From contig JAHCRE010000006.1 in the NCBI GenBank assembly GCA_020148145.1, positions 6,368 to 70,367 on the forward strand: a DNA stretch of 64,000 nt. The letters are read 5' to 3'. The stretch comes from Patescibacteria group bacterium. Its GTDB lineage: Bacteria; Patescibacteriota; Minisyncoccia; Minisyncoccales; JAHCRE01. This document shows positions 42,842 through 52,120 of the stretch, in pieces. The notes beneath the pieces were generated by a model that searched no databases, was not told the DNA's origin, and saw nothing but the letters and a program-made list of their open reading frames with translations. Both the position numbers and the translations under genes were made by a program. Within the stretch, counting starts at the first letter, position 1. Every line of letters starts with the position of its first letter.

Positions 42842-44272
42842 ATGACTAAAAAAGCTCGGACAATTTTATTTTTAATTTGCCTATTTTTATTTTTAATATC
42901 TGTTCCTTTAATTGTTTTTTATTCTCAGGGCTATAGATTTGATTTTGATTCAAAAAAAATTGTCCAGACAGGGGCCTTTTATTTTAAGGTCTGGCCAAAG
43001 AGTGTTCAAATTTATCTCGATGGGAAATTAGAAAAGAAAACTGACTTTTTCTTTGGCTCAGCTCTGATTAAAGACTTATTACCAAAAAAATATGATGTTG
43101 AAATAAAAAAATCTGGTTTCCATTCCTGGAAAAAAATTCTTCAAATAAAAGAAAAGGAAGTTACTGAAGTAAAGAGTGTTTTTTTAATTCCCGAAAATCC
43201 CAAATTTACCATCTTAACTAAGGAAACCGAGAATTTCTTTTTCTCTCCTGATGAAAGAAAAATAATTTTAGAGGAGGTCGATGAAAAAGGTTGGAACTTA
43301 AAACTTTTAGAATTAGATCGAAATGTTAAAAGCCATCTTTTTGAAGAAAAAGATTTCTCAAAAGAAAAAGTTCCTGAAGTTGAGTTTTTAGATTTAGAGT
43401 ATTCTTTAGATTCAAAAAAAATTTTACTTAAAACTAGAGAAAAAGAGAGAATAAGAACCTCGCCTTCGGCAAGAACCTTGATTCCTTCGGAATTAAAATA
43501 TTGGATTGTTGATTTAGAAAAAATTCCGGTTAATTTAATCTCTCTTGATTTTTTGGGGAGGGATATTGAAAAAATTTCTTTTAACCCAAGAGATTCTCAA
43601 AAAATATTTTTTATAAGTAAAAATAGCCTTTTTGAGGCTAATTTTATAAAAAGAGAAACAAATCAAATTTTAGAAAATTTAATAACTTATGAAACTTCCG
43701 ATAGAAATATATATTTGATTGACAATAATGGATTTTTTTTGAAAACTGACCTTTTAGGCCAAAGCCAAGAAAAGCTTAATTTAGAACCTCTTCCTTTAAA
43801 GGAAGAGGTTGAATATCAACTCTGCCTGAAATCACCAAGAACTTTCCTAAAAGAAAATGATATTTTACATATTTTTAATCCAGACTCAAAGAATTTTGAA
43901 AAATTTTTTGAATCAATTAAAGATTTTAAATTTTCTCCAGATTTGAAAAAAATGGTTTTTTTTAGTGATTATGAGATTTGGGTCTTTTTTTTAGAAGAAA
44001 AATATGGCCAGCCTCGGAAAAAAACCGGAGAAAGAATTTTTTTAACTCGGTTTTCAGAAAAAATCAGGAATTGCTTTTGGTATACTCCCCATTATTTAAT
44101 ATTTAATGCTGGGAGTGTCATAAAAATTGCCGAGATTGATGATCGAGACAGAATAAATATTGTTGATTTAGCAAACCTTCAATCCCCAGAGATATTTTGG
44201 AATGAGAGCAATAAAAAACTGTATGTTTTGAGTGATGGAAATTTATATGTTTCCGAAATGTTAATAAAATGA
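42842..44272 (+). CDS. Membrane-anchored PEGA-domain / beta-propeller-like protein
   Basis: Start moved to ATG 42842 (MTKKARTILFLICLFLFLISV...). PEGA-like VQIYLDGKL...YDVEIKKSGFHSW. The only clear plus-strand CDS in the window. Confidence 0.7.
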   Translation: MTKKARTILFLICLFLFLISVPLIVFYSQGYRFDFDSKKIVQTGAFYFKVWPKSVQIYLDGKLEKKTDFFFGSALIKDLLPKKYDVEIKKSGFHSWKKILQIKEKEVTEVKSVFLIPENPKFTILTKETENFFFSPDERKIILEEVDEKGWNLKLLELDRNVKSHLFEEKDFSKEKVPEVEFLDLEYSLDSKKILLKTREKERIRTSPSARTLIPSELKYWIVDLEKIPVNLISLDFLGRDIEKISFNPRDSQKIFFISKNSLFEANFIKRETNQILENLITYETSDRNIYLIDNNGFFLKTDLLGQSQEKLNLEPLPLKEEVEYQLCLKSPRTFLKENDILHIFNPDSKNFEKFFESIKDFKFSPDLKKMVFFSDYEIWVFFLEEKYGQPRKKTGERIFLTRFSEKIRNCFWYTPHYLIFNAGSVIKIAEIDDRDRINIVDLANLQSPEIFWNESNKKLYVLSDGNLYVSEMLIK

Positions 44273-44329
44273 GGGAGTTATTTTTTGATATAAAAGTAGT
44301 GAAATTTTCTACTGCTGGATAAATAAAAT

Positions 44330-45034
44330 TTATTTACCTTCACCTGTTTCACCTTGAGTTTCAATTATCTTTTTAAAATTTTCCCAACTAACATCTCCCT
44401 CTCCTGTCATCAAACAAATTTCTTTAAACTGACAGTATTGACACTGCCAATTCTCTGGCCATTCTGGAATTCTCGGGGGAATGATATTGGAATCAATTTT
44501 TGTTTTAAGGTCAGATAGTACTTTTAAAAGAGATTGGGCTCGATTCGAATCGTAATTAATCAAAAATTCTTTTAATTCTTGAGTGTCTTTATTAACATAA
44601 AGCAATATTCCCTTTTTAGGATCTAAATAATGAAGATAAAGTTGAATTTGATCAATATGTTCTTTTTTTGGCTGATTTAAATTTTTAAAAACCATGCTAT
44701 TCATACTTTTAATATCAAGTATATACAAATCTTTGCCATCGCTAATTACTGCGTCGGCCCTTCCTCTGATTAATTCTCGGGGAGGAATATCTACTTCTGA
44801 AGCTACTACATGAGCCTCTTTCGTGCTAAGGAGAGGTTTCATGATAAGGCGATGAATAGAATCACCGTGATCAAACAACCTCAAAACCCTTGCCTCTATT
44901 TCTTCTCTGGGGACTTTTTTAAATTTAAAAAATATTGCTCGTGAGCATTTTCCAGCATCAGAAATATAAAAATGATGCTGTTCTCTATCTCTCTGTCTAT
45001 CCAAATAAAATTTATTAATAAGTTCTTTTAACAT
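44330..45034 (-). CDS. PD-(D/E)XK nuclease, Cas4/RecB-like with Cys cluster
   Basis: 234 aa. GKCSR near the N-terminus, GRADAV..LDIKS..QIQLY core, C-terminus CQYCQFKEIC. Confidence 0.7.
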   Translation of the reverse strand: MLKELINKFYLDRQRDREQHHFYISDAGKCSRAIFFKFKKVPREEIEARVLRLFDHGDSIHRLIMKPLLSTKEAHVVASEVDIPPRELIRGRADAVISDGKDLYILDIKSMNSMVFKNLNQPKKEHIDQIQLYLHYLDPKKGILLYVNKDTQELKEFLINYDSNRAQSLLKVLSDLKTKIDSNIIPPRIPEWPENWQCQYCQFKEICLMTGEGDVSWENFKKIIETQGETGEGK

Positions 45035-45041
45035 AATGGTG

Positions 45042-45563
45042 TTATCTCTTCTGCCACTGAGGCGCTTTTCTTGCTCGTTTTAATCCAAATTTTTTTCTTT
45101 CTCTCATTCGGGAATCCCGAGTTAAGAAACCGGCTTTTTTTAGTCTTTTTCTAAAATAAGAATTAAAAAGAACCAAGGTTCGGGATATCCCGTGCCTTAC
45201 CGCTTCAGCCTGGGAATGATATCCTCCTCCTTTTACCTTAGCTGAAATTCGAAATCGATCAAGACATTTCATTTTTTTTAAAGCGGCTTGAGCGATTTGC
45301 CGAAGTTCAAAGGTAGGAAAATAAATATCAAAAGGTTTTTCATTAACCAAAAATTTCTTTTCTCCTTTTGTGAAAAGGCGAATTCTAGCTACTGCGGTTT
45401 TTCTTCGACCAACTGCTTCAAAATATTTTTCTTTCTCAGGTTTAACCTTTGGTTTCTCAACCTTTTTTTTAATTTTTTTTGGCTTTCTCTTTTTAGTTGG
45501 CTTTTTCTTTCTGATTGTCTTTTTCTTTTTTATGGTTGACTTTTTAGTTTTGGTCTTTTTCAT
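45042..45563 (-). CDS. rpsI: 30S ribosomal protein S9 with about 45-aa Lys-rich N-terminal extension
   Basis: Core GRRKTAVARI...GGGYHSQAEAVRHGISR...RKKFGLKRARKAPQWQKR. Confidence 0.92.
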   Translation of the reverse strand: MKKTKTKKSTIKKKKTIRKKKPTKKRKPKKIKKKVEKPKVKPEKEKYFEAVGRRKTAVARIRLFTKGEKKFLVNEKPFDIYFPTFELRQIAQAALKKMKCLDRFRISAKVKGGGYHSQAEAVRHGISRTLVLFNSYFRKRLKKAGFLTRDSRMRERKKFGLKRARKAPQWQKR

Positions 45564-45921
45564 AAGATTTTAATATTTTCAATCTTTTTATCTGTTTTGC
45601 CCTTAATTTATTCTTGGGCAACATTCCAAAAACTGCTTTTCTTAGAACTTTAGCCGGATTCTTTTTAAAAAGTATTTTCAATGGAATTTCTTTCAAGCCT
45701 CCAATATATCCTGAATGACGATAATATTTTTTCTGCTCAAATTTTTTACCAGTTAATTTAATCTTTTCAATATTTTTAACAATCACAATATCTCCCATAT
45801 CTTTTTGGGGTAGGAAATCTCTTTTATGCTTACCACGTAATAAAATTGCAATTTCAGTAGATAGCCTCCCGAGAATTTTTCCAGTGGCATCAATTGTGTG
45901 AGTCTTACGCTCCATTATCAA
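45544..45921 (-). CDS. rplM: 50S ribosomal protein L13
   Basis: 125 aa. GKILGRLSTEIAILLRGKHK, YYRHSGYIGG. Confidence 0.92.
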   Translation of the reverse strand: MIMERKTHTIDATGKILGRLSTEIAILLRGKHKRDFLPQKDMGDIVIVKNIEKIKLTGKKFEQKKYYRHSGYIGGLKEIPLKILFKKNPAKVLRKAVFGMLPKNKLRAKQIKRLKILKSYEKDQN

Positions 45922-45930
45922 AATAAAATT

Positions 45931-46281
45931 TTATTTAATTAGTTCTATTATTGCCATCTTCGCCCCATCCGATTTTCTAGGTCCTAGTTTTATAATCCTT
46001 GTGTAGCCTCCACCCCTTTCTTTGTATCTCGGAGCAATATCCTCTATTAATTTCTTAACTAATTTTTTTGGAAAAAATCTCAATAATAATCTTCTTGAAG
46101 ATAGATCTCTTTTTTTAGCTTTAGTTATAAATTTCTCCAAAAATCTGGAAACTTCTTTAGCCTTAGTCTCGGTTGTCTTAATCTTTTCATTTAAAATGAG
46201 GGCTCTAGCCAATGATTTTAACAGGGCTTTACGTTGATTGCTTTTACGAGAAAATTTCCGGCCAAGTTTGCGTTTTTTCAT
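45931..46281 (-). CDS. rplQ: 50S ribosomal protein L17
   Basis: 116 aa. KLGRKFSRKSNQRKALL...GGGYTRI. Confidence 0.93.
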   Translation of the reverse strand: MKKRKLGRKFSRKSNQRKALLKSLARALILNEKIKTTETKAKEVSRFLEKFITKAKKRDLSSRRLLLRFFPKKLVKKLIEDIAPRYKERGGGYTRIIKLGPRKSDGAKMAIIELIK

Positions 46282-47198
46282 TGTTTAAGTTCTAAGTTTA
46301 GTTTTTTTAGAACTTTTTTTATTTCTTTCACTCCCTTTTTGCCCATCCCTTCCAGTTTTAATAAATTTTCTTCACTCTTTCTTAAAATTCCACTGATAGT
46401 TTTTATATTATTTTTTAACAAAGCATTTTTAGTTCTGATGGAAAATTTTAAATCCTCTACTTTAACTTTAAGTTTCTCAATTTTTTCTTCTTTTTTCACT
46501 GGATAGACTTCCTTTGGTTTAAAGGCTTGACTAAACATGGTAAAATGCTGGTTTAAAATTTCTGATGCCCGGTAAAACGCCCATTCAGGAGTAATTGTCC
46601 CATCGGTCTCAACTTCCAGGATTAACCGATCAAAATCAGTTCTTTCTCCAACCCGCATATTTTCTACATGAAAACTCACGTTTCTAATGGGAGTAAAAAC
46701 AGCATCAAGGGTAATCTTTCCTATTTCCAATTTTTCCTTTTTCCTTAATTCTCGGGAAACATATCCTAATCCTTTTTCAATTTGGATTTCCATTTCTAAT
46801 TCTGATTTTTTATCTGTTAAAGTAGCAATCAGAAAATTCTTGTTGACTAATTCAACCTGGGAAGGTAACTGAAAATCAGAACCTAAAACTTTTTTTTCTC
46901 CTTTAACTCTCAAAAATCCTCTCTGGGGTTCATCGGTGAAGATTTTAAATCTTAGTTGTTTCAGATTTAACATAATAGTAATCATGTCTTCTAAAGCACC
47001 AGGGATTGTTGAAAATTCATGTTCAACTCCCTTAATCTTCACTTGAGTAACGGCCGCTCCCGACAGAGAAGAGAGTAAAACTCTCCGGAGAGAATTACCA
47101 ATGGTCACCCCATAATTAGGATATAAAGCCCTAATTTCAAAACGGGCTCGATTTCCTTTTTTTTCAATAATTTTTGGCTGAAGAGGAAGAGAAATCAT
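46278..47198 (-). CDS. rpoA: DNA-directed RNA polymerase alpha subunit
   Basis: 306 aa. GNSLRRVLLSS, N-terminal and C-terminal domain organisation. Confidence 0.93.
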   Translation of the reverse strand: MISLPLQPKIIEKKGNRARFEIRALYPNYGVTIGNSLRRVLLSSLSGAAVTQVKIKGVEHEFSTIPGALEDMITIMLNLKQLRFKIFTDEPQRGFLRVKGEKKVLGSDFQLPSQVELVNKNFLIATLTDKKSELEMEIQIEKGLGYVSRELRKKEKLEIGKITLDAVFTPIRNVSFHVENMRVGERTDFDRLILEVETDGTITPEWAFYRASEILNQHFTMFSQAFKPKEVYPVKKEEKIEKLKVKVEDLKFSIRTKNALLKNNIKTISGILRKSEENLLKLEGMGKKGVKEIKKVLKKLNLELKQ

Positions 47199-47212
47199 AG
47201 TGGTAATACAAA

Positions 47213-47351
47213 GTTAATCGCTCGCCCTCTTCCAGCCTTACGGCTGGCGGTCGCCTTCGGCGACCTTCGGGCTCGCTCTTTAAAAACCCTCGGTTTTTAA
47301 TATTTTCCTATACGGGGAAACCGAAGGGTTTCCCCGACCCCCTTCCGATAT
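47213..47351 (-). repeat. GC-rich multi-hairpin repeat, family X copy 1 (rpsD-rpoA spacer)
   Basis: TTAATCGCTCGCCCTCT...GACCCCCTTCCGATAT. Hairpins CCAGCC-TTAC-GGCTGG, GGTCGCC-TTCG-GCGACC, TTAAAAACC-CTC-GGTTTTTAA, GGGGAAACC-GAAG-GGTTTCCCC. Confidence 0.8.
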
Positions 47352-47366
47352 TTCAACGAGATCCTG

Positions 47367-47993
47367 TTATCTTGAATAAAATTCAAAAATTGCTGATATT
47401 TCCGCTGGGGGCACAGTTTCCTCAAGAGAAGGTTGACCTATTACTTTTCCTTCTAATTTTTCGACATTTAATTTAAGCCAAGAGGGGGGTTGGTATTTTT
47501 TGAGTTTCATCTTGAGATTTTTAAAAAAAATCTTTTTAAAAGAAGATTGAGAGATATCAATCACATCTCCTTTTTTAACTTGATAGCTAGGGTAGTTAAC
47601 TTTTCTTGAGTTTATCCTGAAATGACCGTGACTGACAAGTTGACGAGCTTGAGACCTAGAGCCGGTCAACCCTAAACGAAAAATTACATTATCTAGACGG
47701 CTTTCTAATTTCTTAATAAGAGAAGATTTAGCATCTTCTCTTCCCCGTCTATCCAGGACTTCTAAAATATATTTTTTAAATTGCCTTTCTCTCAAGCCAT
47801 ACCAATTTTTTAATTTTTGTTTTTCCCTTAGTTGTTGTGCATATTCAGAAGGAGCTCTAGTTCTTCTTTTTCTTTTTTGACCTGGCGGATAAGGTCTTTT
47901 TATCATTGGACATTTTGAAGTAAGACAACGTTCACCTTTGAGAAACAACTTCACTCCTAGCCTTCTACATATTTTACATTTTGAATTTTGCAT
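47367..47993 (-). CDS. rpsD: 30S ribosomal protein S4
   Basis: 208 aa. CKICRRLG Zn motif and S4 domain. Confidence 0.94.
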   Translation of the reverse strand: MQNSKCKICRRLGVKLFLKGERCLTSKCPMIKRPYPPGQKRKRRTRAPSEYAQQLREKQKLKNWYGLRERQFKKYILEVLDRRGREDAKSSLIKKLESRLDNVIFRLGLTGSRSQARQLVSHGHFRINSRKVNYPSYQVKKGDVIDISQSSFKKIFFKNLKMKLKKYQPPSWLKLNVEKLEGKVIGQPSLEETVPPAEISAIFEFYSR

Positions 47994-48006
47994 AATATCG
48001 GGGGGT

Positions 48007-48035
48007 CCCCGAAATTTGCAAAAGCAAATTTGGGG
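48007..48035. repeat. Intergenic 12-13 bp stem hairpin (rpsK-rpsD spacer)
   Basis: CCCCGAAATTTGC-AAAA-GCAAATTTGGGG. Confidence 0.6.
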
Positions 48036-48041
48036 TATTAT

Positions 48042-48494
48042 TTAGACTCTCCGGGCTTTTGGGGGCCGACAGCCATTATGAGGAATTGGGGTTACATCTT
48101 TAATTGAAATAATATCTAAGCCTCGAGCGGCTAAAGATCTAATTGCTGATTCTCGACCAGAACCTATCCCTTTTATTAAAACCCTCACTTTTTCTATTCC
48201 TAATTTTTTAGCTCTCTGAACCATTGCCTCAGCTACTTTAGAAGCAGCAAAAGGTGTACCTTTCTTTGTTCCCTTAAAACCAATATTACCGGCACTGGCC
48301 CAAGAAAGGACATCTCCCCGGGGATCGGTAAGGGTTATTATAGTATTATTATAAGAAGAGGAAATATAAATTTTCCCCTCGTTAATCTTTTGAGGGGCTC
48401 GGATCTTAACTTCTTTTCTTAATGCCGCTTCTACTCTTTCTCTTTCTTTTAGGAGCTCCTCTTCAGTTTTTTTGATAATGCGTTTTTTTCCCAT
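48042..48494 (-). CDS. rpsK: 30S ribosomal protein S11
   Basis: 150 aa. Core [20 protein letters not shown] and C-terminus [13 protein letters not shown]. Confidence 0.94.
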   Translation of the reverse strand: MGKKRIIKKTEEELLKERERVEAALRKEVKIRAPQKINEGKIYISSSYNNTIITLTDPRGDVLSWASAGNIGFKGTKKGTPFAASKVAEAMVQRAKKLGIEKVRVLIKGIGSGRESAIRSLAARGLDIISIKDVTPIPHNGCRPPKARRV

Positions 48495-48631
48495 AATTTT
48501 AGCTTTTTAGCTTCTTAGCTAGTTAGCTTATTAGTTAAAAAAAATTAAAAATTCTTGAAAGTATTTTATTGGGAAAATTCCTAAAAAGCTAATAAACTAC
48601 AGTCTAATAAGCTACAGCCTAATAAGCTATT
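48495..48631 (-). repeat. AT-rich intergenic hairpin repeat, family W copy 2 (rpsM-rpsK spacer)
   Basis: Shares TTTAGCTTTTTAGCTTCTTAGCTAGTTAGCTTATTAG and CTAAAAAGCTAATAAACTACA with 16552-16638. Confidence 0.75.
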
Positions 48632-49021
48632 TTACTTCGGTGTTGGAGGTGGTCTCCTTCCCGATCCCACCGTCTTTCTGACATTTCCTCTAACTGTCCT
48701 GGTATTAGTTTTGGTTCTTTGTCCTCTAACTGGTAGTCCCTTAATATGCCGAATTCCTCGCCAGCTACCTATATCTTTTAATCTTTTAATATTCATCATT
48801 CTCTCCCTTTTAAGTCCTCCTTCAATTTTGTAATTCTTTTCAATAATTTCTTTAAGTTTACTAACTTCTTCAGAGGTCAATTCTGAGGCTGATCTCCCCG
48901 GTTTAATTCCGGCTTCAGCTAAAATTCTTCTACTCAAAGGAGGACCTATTCCATAAATATAGGTCAGGGCTATTTCAATTTGTTTTTTCTCTGGTATATT
49001 AATACCAGCAATTCTTGGCAT
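48632..49021 (-). CDS. rpsM: 30S ribosomal protein S13
   Basis: 129 aa. MPRIAGINIP...IYGIG. Confidence 0.94.
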   Translation of the reverse strand: MPRIAGINIPEKKQIEIALTYIYGIGPPLSRRILAEAGIKPGRSASELTSEEVSKLKEIIEKNYKIEGGLKRERMMNIKRLKDIGSWRGIRHIKGLPVRGQRTKTNTRTVRGNVRKTVGSGRRPPPTPK

Positions 49022-49098
49022 ATTTTTATTCTAGATACTTGATACGATTTTAAAAATTTACGCACAAATTTCTTCGTGGTGACAGTCACCTTTTTTCA

Positions 49099-49265
49099 AA
49101 GCGAGGGAACCAATTTTTGAACCCTTAGCGAGACTATAATTTTTAGAGACGTTTAGCCGACTTGCGGCCATGGTTTCGCGAGACGAAGAGCAAGGCGGCG
49201 TAATACGAGTCAATTTTTCCCGGTGGGAAAAATTGACGTACTCTAAAAATTAGCTTCTCGAACGC
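49099..49265 (-). repeat. Long-hairpin (TIR-type) repeat, family Y copy 2 (rpmJ-rpsM spacer)
   Basis: Left end AAGCGAGGGAACCAATTTTT. Arms GAGACTATAATTTTTAGAGACG / CGTACTCTAAAAATTAGCTTCTC. Inner perfect 13-bp stem at 49209-49237. Confidence 0.7.
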
Positions 49266-49379
49266 CTATCCTTGGCGTTGTTTATGTTTAGGATTTGAAC
49301 ATATCACATATACTCTTCTCTTACGCCTCACAATTTTGCATTTTTTACAAATTTTTTTAACTGATGGCCTAACTTTCAT
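49266..49379 (-). CDS. rpmJ: 50S ribosomal protein L36
   Basis: Below ORF-track cutoff. Own translation: [37 protein letters not shown]. Confidence 0.93.
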   Translation of the reverse strand: MKVRPSVKKICKKCKIVRRKRRVYVICSNPKHKQRQG

Positions 49380-49380
49380 A

Positions 49381-49602
49381 TCATTTTCCTCTATAAACTA
49401 TTCTCCCTCTTTTTTTATCATAGGGAGTTATTTCTACTGTTACCCGATCTCCCGGTAAGACCTTAATTCGATAAAGTCTTAATCTTCCAGCTAAATGGGC
49501 AATTATCTCTGAGTCATCATCTAATCTCACCCGAAAATGGGTACTGGGCAGAGCTTCCAGAACTATTCCAGTTTTTCGGAAAGTTTTCTTAGATTTAGGC
49601 AT
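49381..49602 (-). CDS. infA: Translation initiation factor IF-1
   Basis: 73 aa. S1-like fold, ..[20 protein letters not shown]...[12 protein letters not shown]. Confidence 0.94.
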   Translation of the reverse strand: MPKSKKTFRKTGIVLEALPSTHFRVRLDDDSEIIAHLAGRLRLYRIKVLPGDRVTVEITPYDKKRGRIVYRGK

Positions 49603-49636
49603 TAGGTAATTTTTTAGAATAGCAAATTACTTAGAT

Positions 49637-50863
49637 TTAGTCAAGATTTAATTTTATCTCAATTTTCTCAATATCTTCTGGGGTAGTCTTAACCCAAAAG
49701 GGCCAGAATTTAAGCCTTACTCTAGTAATCTTGGGTTGATCTTCCAAATGTACTTGAGTCTCGGCTAATAATTTTCCTCTTAGAGCTCTCTTTAGAGAAA
49801 TCACATCAATATCTGAATAAATTTTAGCTGAGAATTCTAAATTTAGAGAAATTTTCTCTGACTCCCAATCTATTGACTCTAATGAATAATCTATTTTTAG
49901 ACTATCCTCTTGGAATTTTTTATCTTGGGGGAGACGAGAAAGAATAAATTGTTCAGCAAAATAACCAAGATCAGGTTTTTTAAATACTAAGGCCTTGGAT
50001 TTAATTCTGACCTGAAAATTAAAAGATTGAGCCTCGGCTCCGGCCTCAACTGAAGAAGAAGTATCGACAATTTTTTCTTTTAAAGTTTCGTCTAATAGAA
50101 TGAAATCCCCACCAATTTTGTTTTTTAAAGATTCTTTAGTCTCGGTGAATAATTTCTCAACCAAAGTATTTTTTGCTCTTTCTAAATCTTCCTCGGTAAC
50201 CTTGAAGGTTTCTCCTTTGAAACCACCAGTCATTGGAGAAGAAGATTTACCATAAACACTATAATATTGAGGAAGGCCAAATAGGCCAGGGATAGAGAAA
50301 GTTGAAGGCTCGATATTATATTCTTCCCCCGGTTGATCGGCTATCACTTCAATATCAATATGGCCTTTGGCTGGTAAAAATATAGTTTTTTTTGAACGAA
50401 AGTATAACACTTTTTCCAAAGGAGGCTGAAAACGAGTATTGACTACTAAGGTCTGGGCGAGATGATAATTATTAAAAACTCGAATTTGACCTTTAGCTTT
50501 CTCTTCTTTTAAAATCTTGCTTGAAGATGGAAATTCTTGAGAAAAACTTTTTTCTAATTCAAAAATTTCTCCTGAAATAACCTTTGCCCCAAAATCAGAT
50601 TGATTAACTCTTGAATCAATGGTAATTTTTTCCTTAAAATTTAAAACCTCGGTCTCTAGCCAAATCTCGATTTCTGCTTTAGAGAGAGTAAGAAAGCAAA
50701 AAAATCCAATCGAAATCAAAGTAGCTAGAGTGATTATTAGGCCTTTTTTAAAGGTGCTTTTCTGCAAAATGGGAATACTGGCCCGATATTTTATAGGACG
50801 TTCTATCTCAATTTTTTTCTCAATTTTCTTCGGTGGGACAATATCAAAAAATTTTTTTGGCAT
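49637..50863 (-). CDS. Membrane-anchored protein, unknown function
   Basis: 408 aa. Single N-terminal TM helix (LIITLATLISIGFFCFLTL). Immediately downstream of the FtsA/PilM-like gene. Confidence 0.6.
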   Translation of the reverse strand: MPKKFFDIVPPKKIEKKIEIERPIKYRASIPILQKSTFKKGLIITLATLISIGFFCFLTLSKAEIEIWLETEVLNFKEKITIDSRVNQSDFGAKVISGEIFELEKSFSQEFPSSSKILKEEKAKGQIRVFNNYHLAQTLVVNTRFQPPLEKVLYFRSKKTIFLPAKGHIDIEVIADQPGEEYNIEPSTFSIPGLFGLPQYYSVYGKSSSPMTGGFKGETFKVTEEDLERAKNTLVEKLFTETKESLKNKIGGDFILLDETLKEKIVDTSSSVEAGAEAQSFNFQVRIKSKALVFKKPDLGYFAEQFILSRLPQDKKFQEDSLKIDYSLESIDWESEKISLNLEFSAKIYSDIDVISLKRALRGKLLAETQVHLEDQPKITRVRLKFWPFWVKTTPEDIEKIEIKLNLD

Positions 50864-50867
50864 ATTA

Positions 50868-52073
50868 TTATGATAGGCAAATTAAAATTGGGGCAGTATC
50901 TTGAGGACTATTTAAAATCTGACTTTTATCTTCGATACCTCTCAAATCTTTTGGTAAAACTAATTTTACCTTAGGTTGAGAAATAAAGGGAAAATCTTCC
51001 CAATTCCCTCTTTCTAAAATCTCTTGAATTTCAGGTATTTGACTTCCTCCCCCAAAAAGCAAAAAGTTCGATGGTAATAAACTTTTAGTATTAATCAAAG
51101 AAATTTTTTTAAAAGTTTCCTTTAAATTTTTGAACCAGATTTGGAGATCTTCAAAAAAAATTCCTTTAACTCTTTTTCTTACTCCCCAAGACAGCATTCC
51201 CCGAGAATAGCTGTGTTTCAAGGCCCTGGCACTTCCTAGGCTTAATCCTAAAATTTGAGAAAGTTTTTTAGTGAAATCAATTCCCCCACCTTTAAACTGG
51301 GAAATTCCTTCTAGTTTTCCTCTCTTAAATAAAAAAGTTTGGGTCAATTCTCCTCCTACATCAAGGAAAATAGCATTTTCTTTCTTATTTTCAAAAGATA
51401 TTAGACCTTCTGATTGATGAACTATTTTCAAGATTTTTAAATTTAAATCTTTAAAAATCTTTTTTATATTTTCTAAATAATATTTCGGTGAAAAGGTAGC
51501 TAAAATTCTAAAGTCTAAATTTTTGCCTCCCAATTCTAGAACAGAAGGGACTTCATATCCATCAATTTTTATTTCTAGAATTTTTAGATTACAAAAATGA
51601 AGATCTTCAGATAAGATTCCAAGTTCTTGGGCAATTTTTTGGGAAAGTTCTTTTTTGGCTTGATTTAAAACTTCTTTTAGAATCTGGCTTTCTTCACTCT
51701 TTCTAATAATTTCTTTAGGATTTTTTCTTTTGAGATTTAAAAATAAAATCTCTCCTCTTAAAATATTAGCTGGCAAAGAAAGTAAAAGAGAATTTATCTT
51801 TGTCTTGGCTTGAGTCTGGGTTTTTTTGATTGCAATTGATAAGGCTTTTTTTATTGTGCTCTGTTCAAAATCTCTGGAATCCCAAACGCCTAATTGGTCA
51901 AAGTATTGAGTAGAGGCTCCGAGGACAATAATTTTCTCACTTTCCTTTCCGCCATAGCCTGCCGGGTGGACAGAAGTGGAAAAAATCAAGGCTTTTATGG
52001 CTTCAGTGCCAATATCCAAAGTTAAAAAATGCTCTTTCTGTCTTTGTTTTGGTTTTAAAGAGTCAATCTTCAT
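50868..52073 (-). CDS. FtsA/PilM-like actin-fold ATPase
   Basis: 401 aa. LTLDIGTEAIKALIF, LDVGGELTQ, GGGSQIPEI. Confidence 0.7.
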   Translation of the reverse strand: MKIDSLKPKQRQKEHFLTLDIGTEAIKALIFSTSVHPAGYGGKESEKIIVLGASTQYFDQLGVWDSRDFEQSTIKKALSIAIKKTQTQAKTKINSLLLSLPANILRGEILFLNLKRKNPKEIIRKSEESQILKEVLNQAKKELSQKIAQELGILSEDLHFCNLKILEIKIDGYEVPSVLELGGKNLDFRILATFSPKYYLENIKKIFKDLNLKILKIVHQSEGLISFENKKENAIFLDVGGELTQTFLFKRGKLEGISQFKGGGIDFTKKLSQILGLSLGSARALKHSYSRGMLSWGVRKRVKGIFFEDLQIWFKNLKETFKKISLINTKSLLPSNFLLFGGGSQIPEIQEILERGNWEDFPFISQPKVKLVLPKDLRGIEDKSQILNSPQDTAPILICLS

Positions 52074-52120
52074 TTTTATTATATTGAAAAATTCTTAAAG
52101 ATTCAATAGAAAGAAGTTTT

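Noticed and set aside
47213-47351. Family X as a dedicated ribosomal-protein autoregulatory leader
   Set aside because: The same element occurs in inverted orientation upstream of rnhA and at two unrelated positions in the operon. That fits a dispersed repeat better than a specific r-protein binding site. Rfam was not checked.
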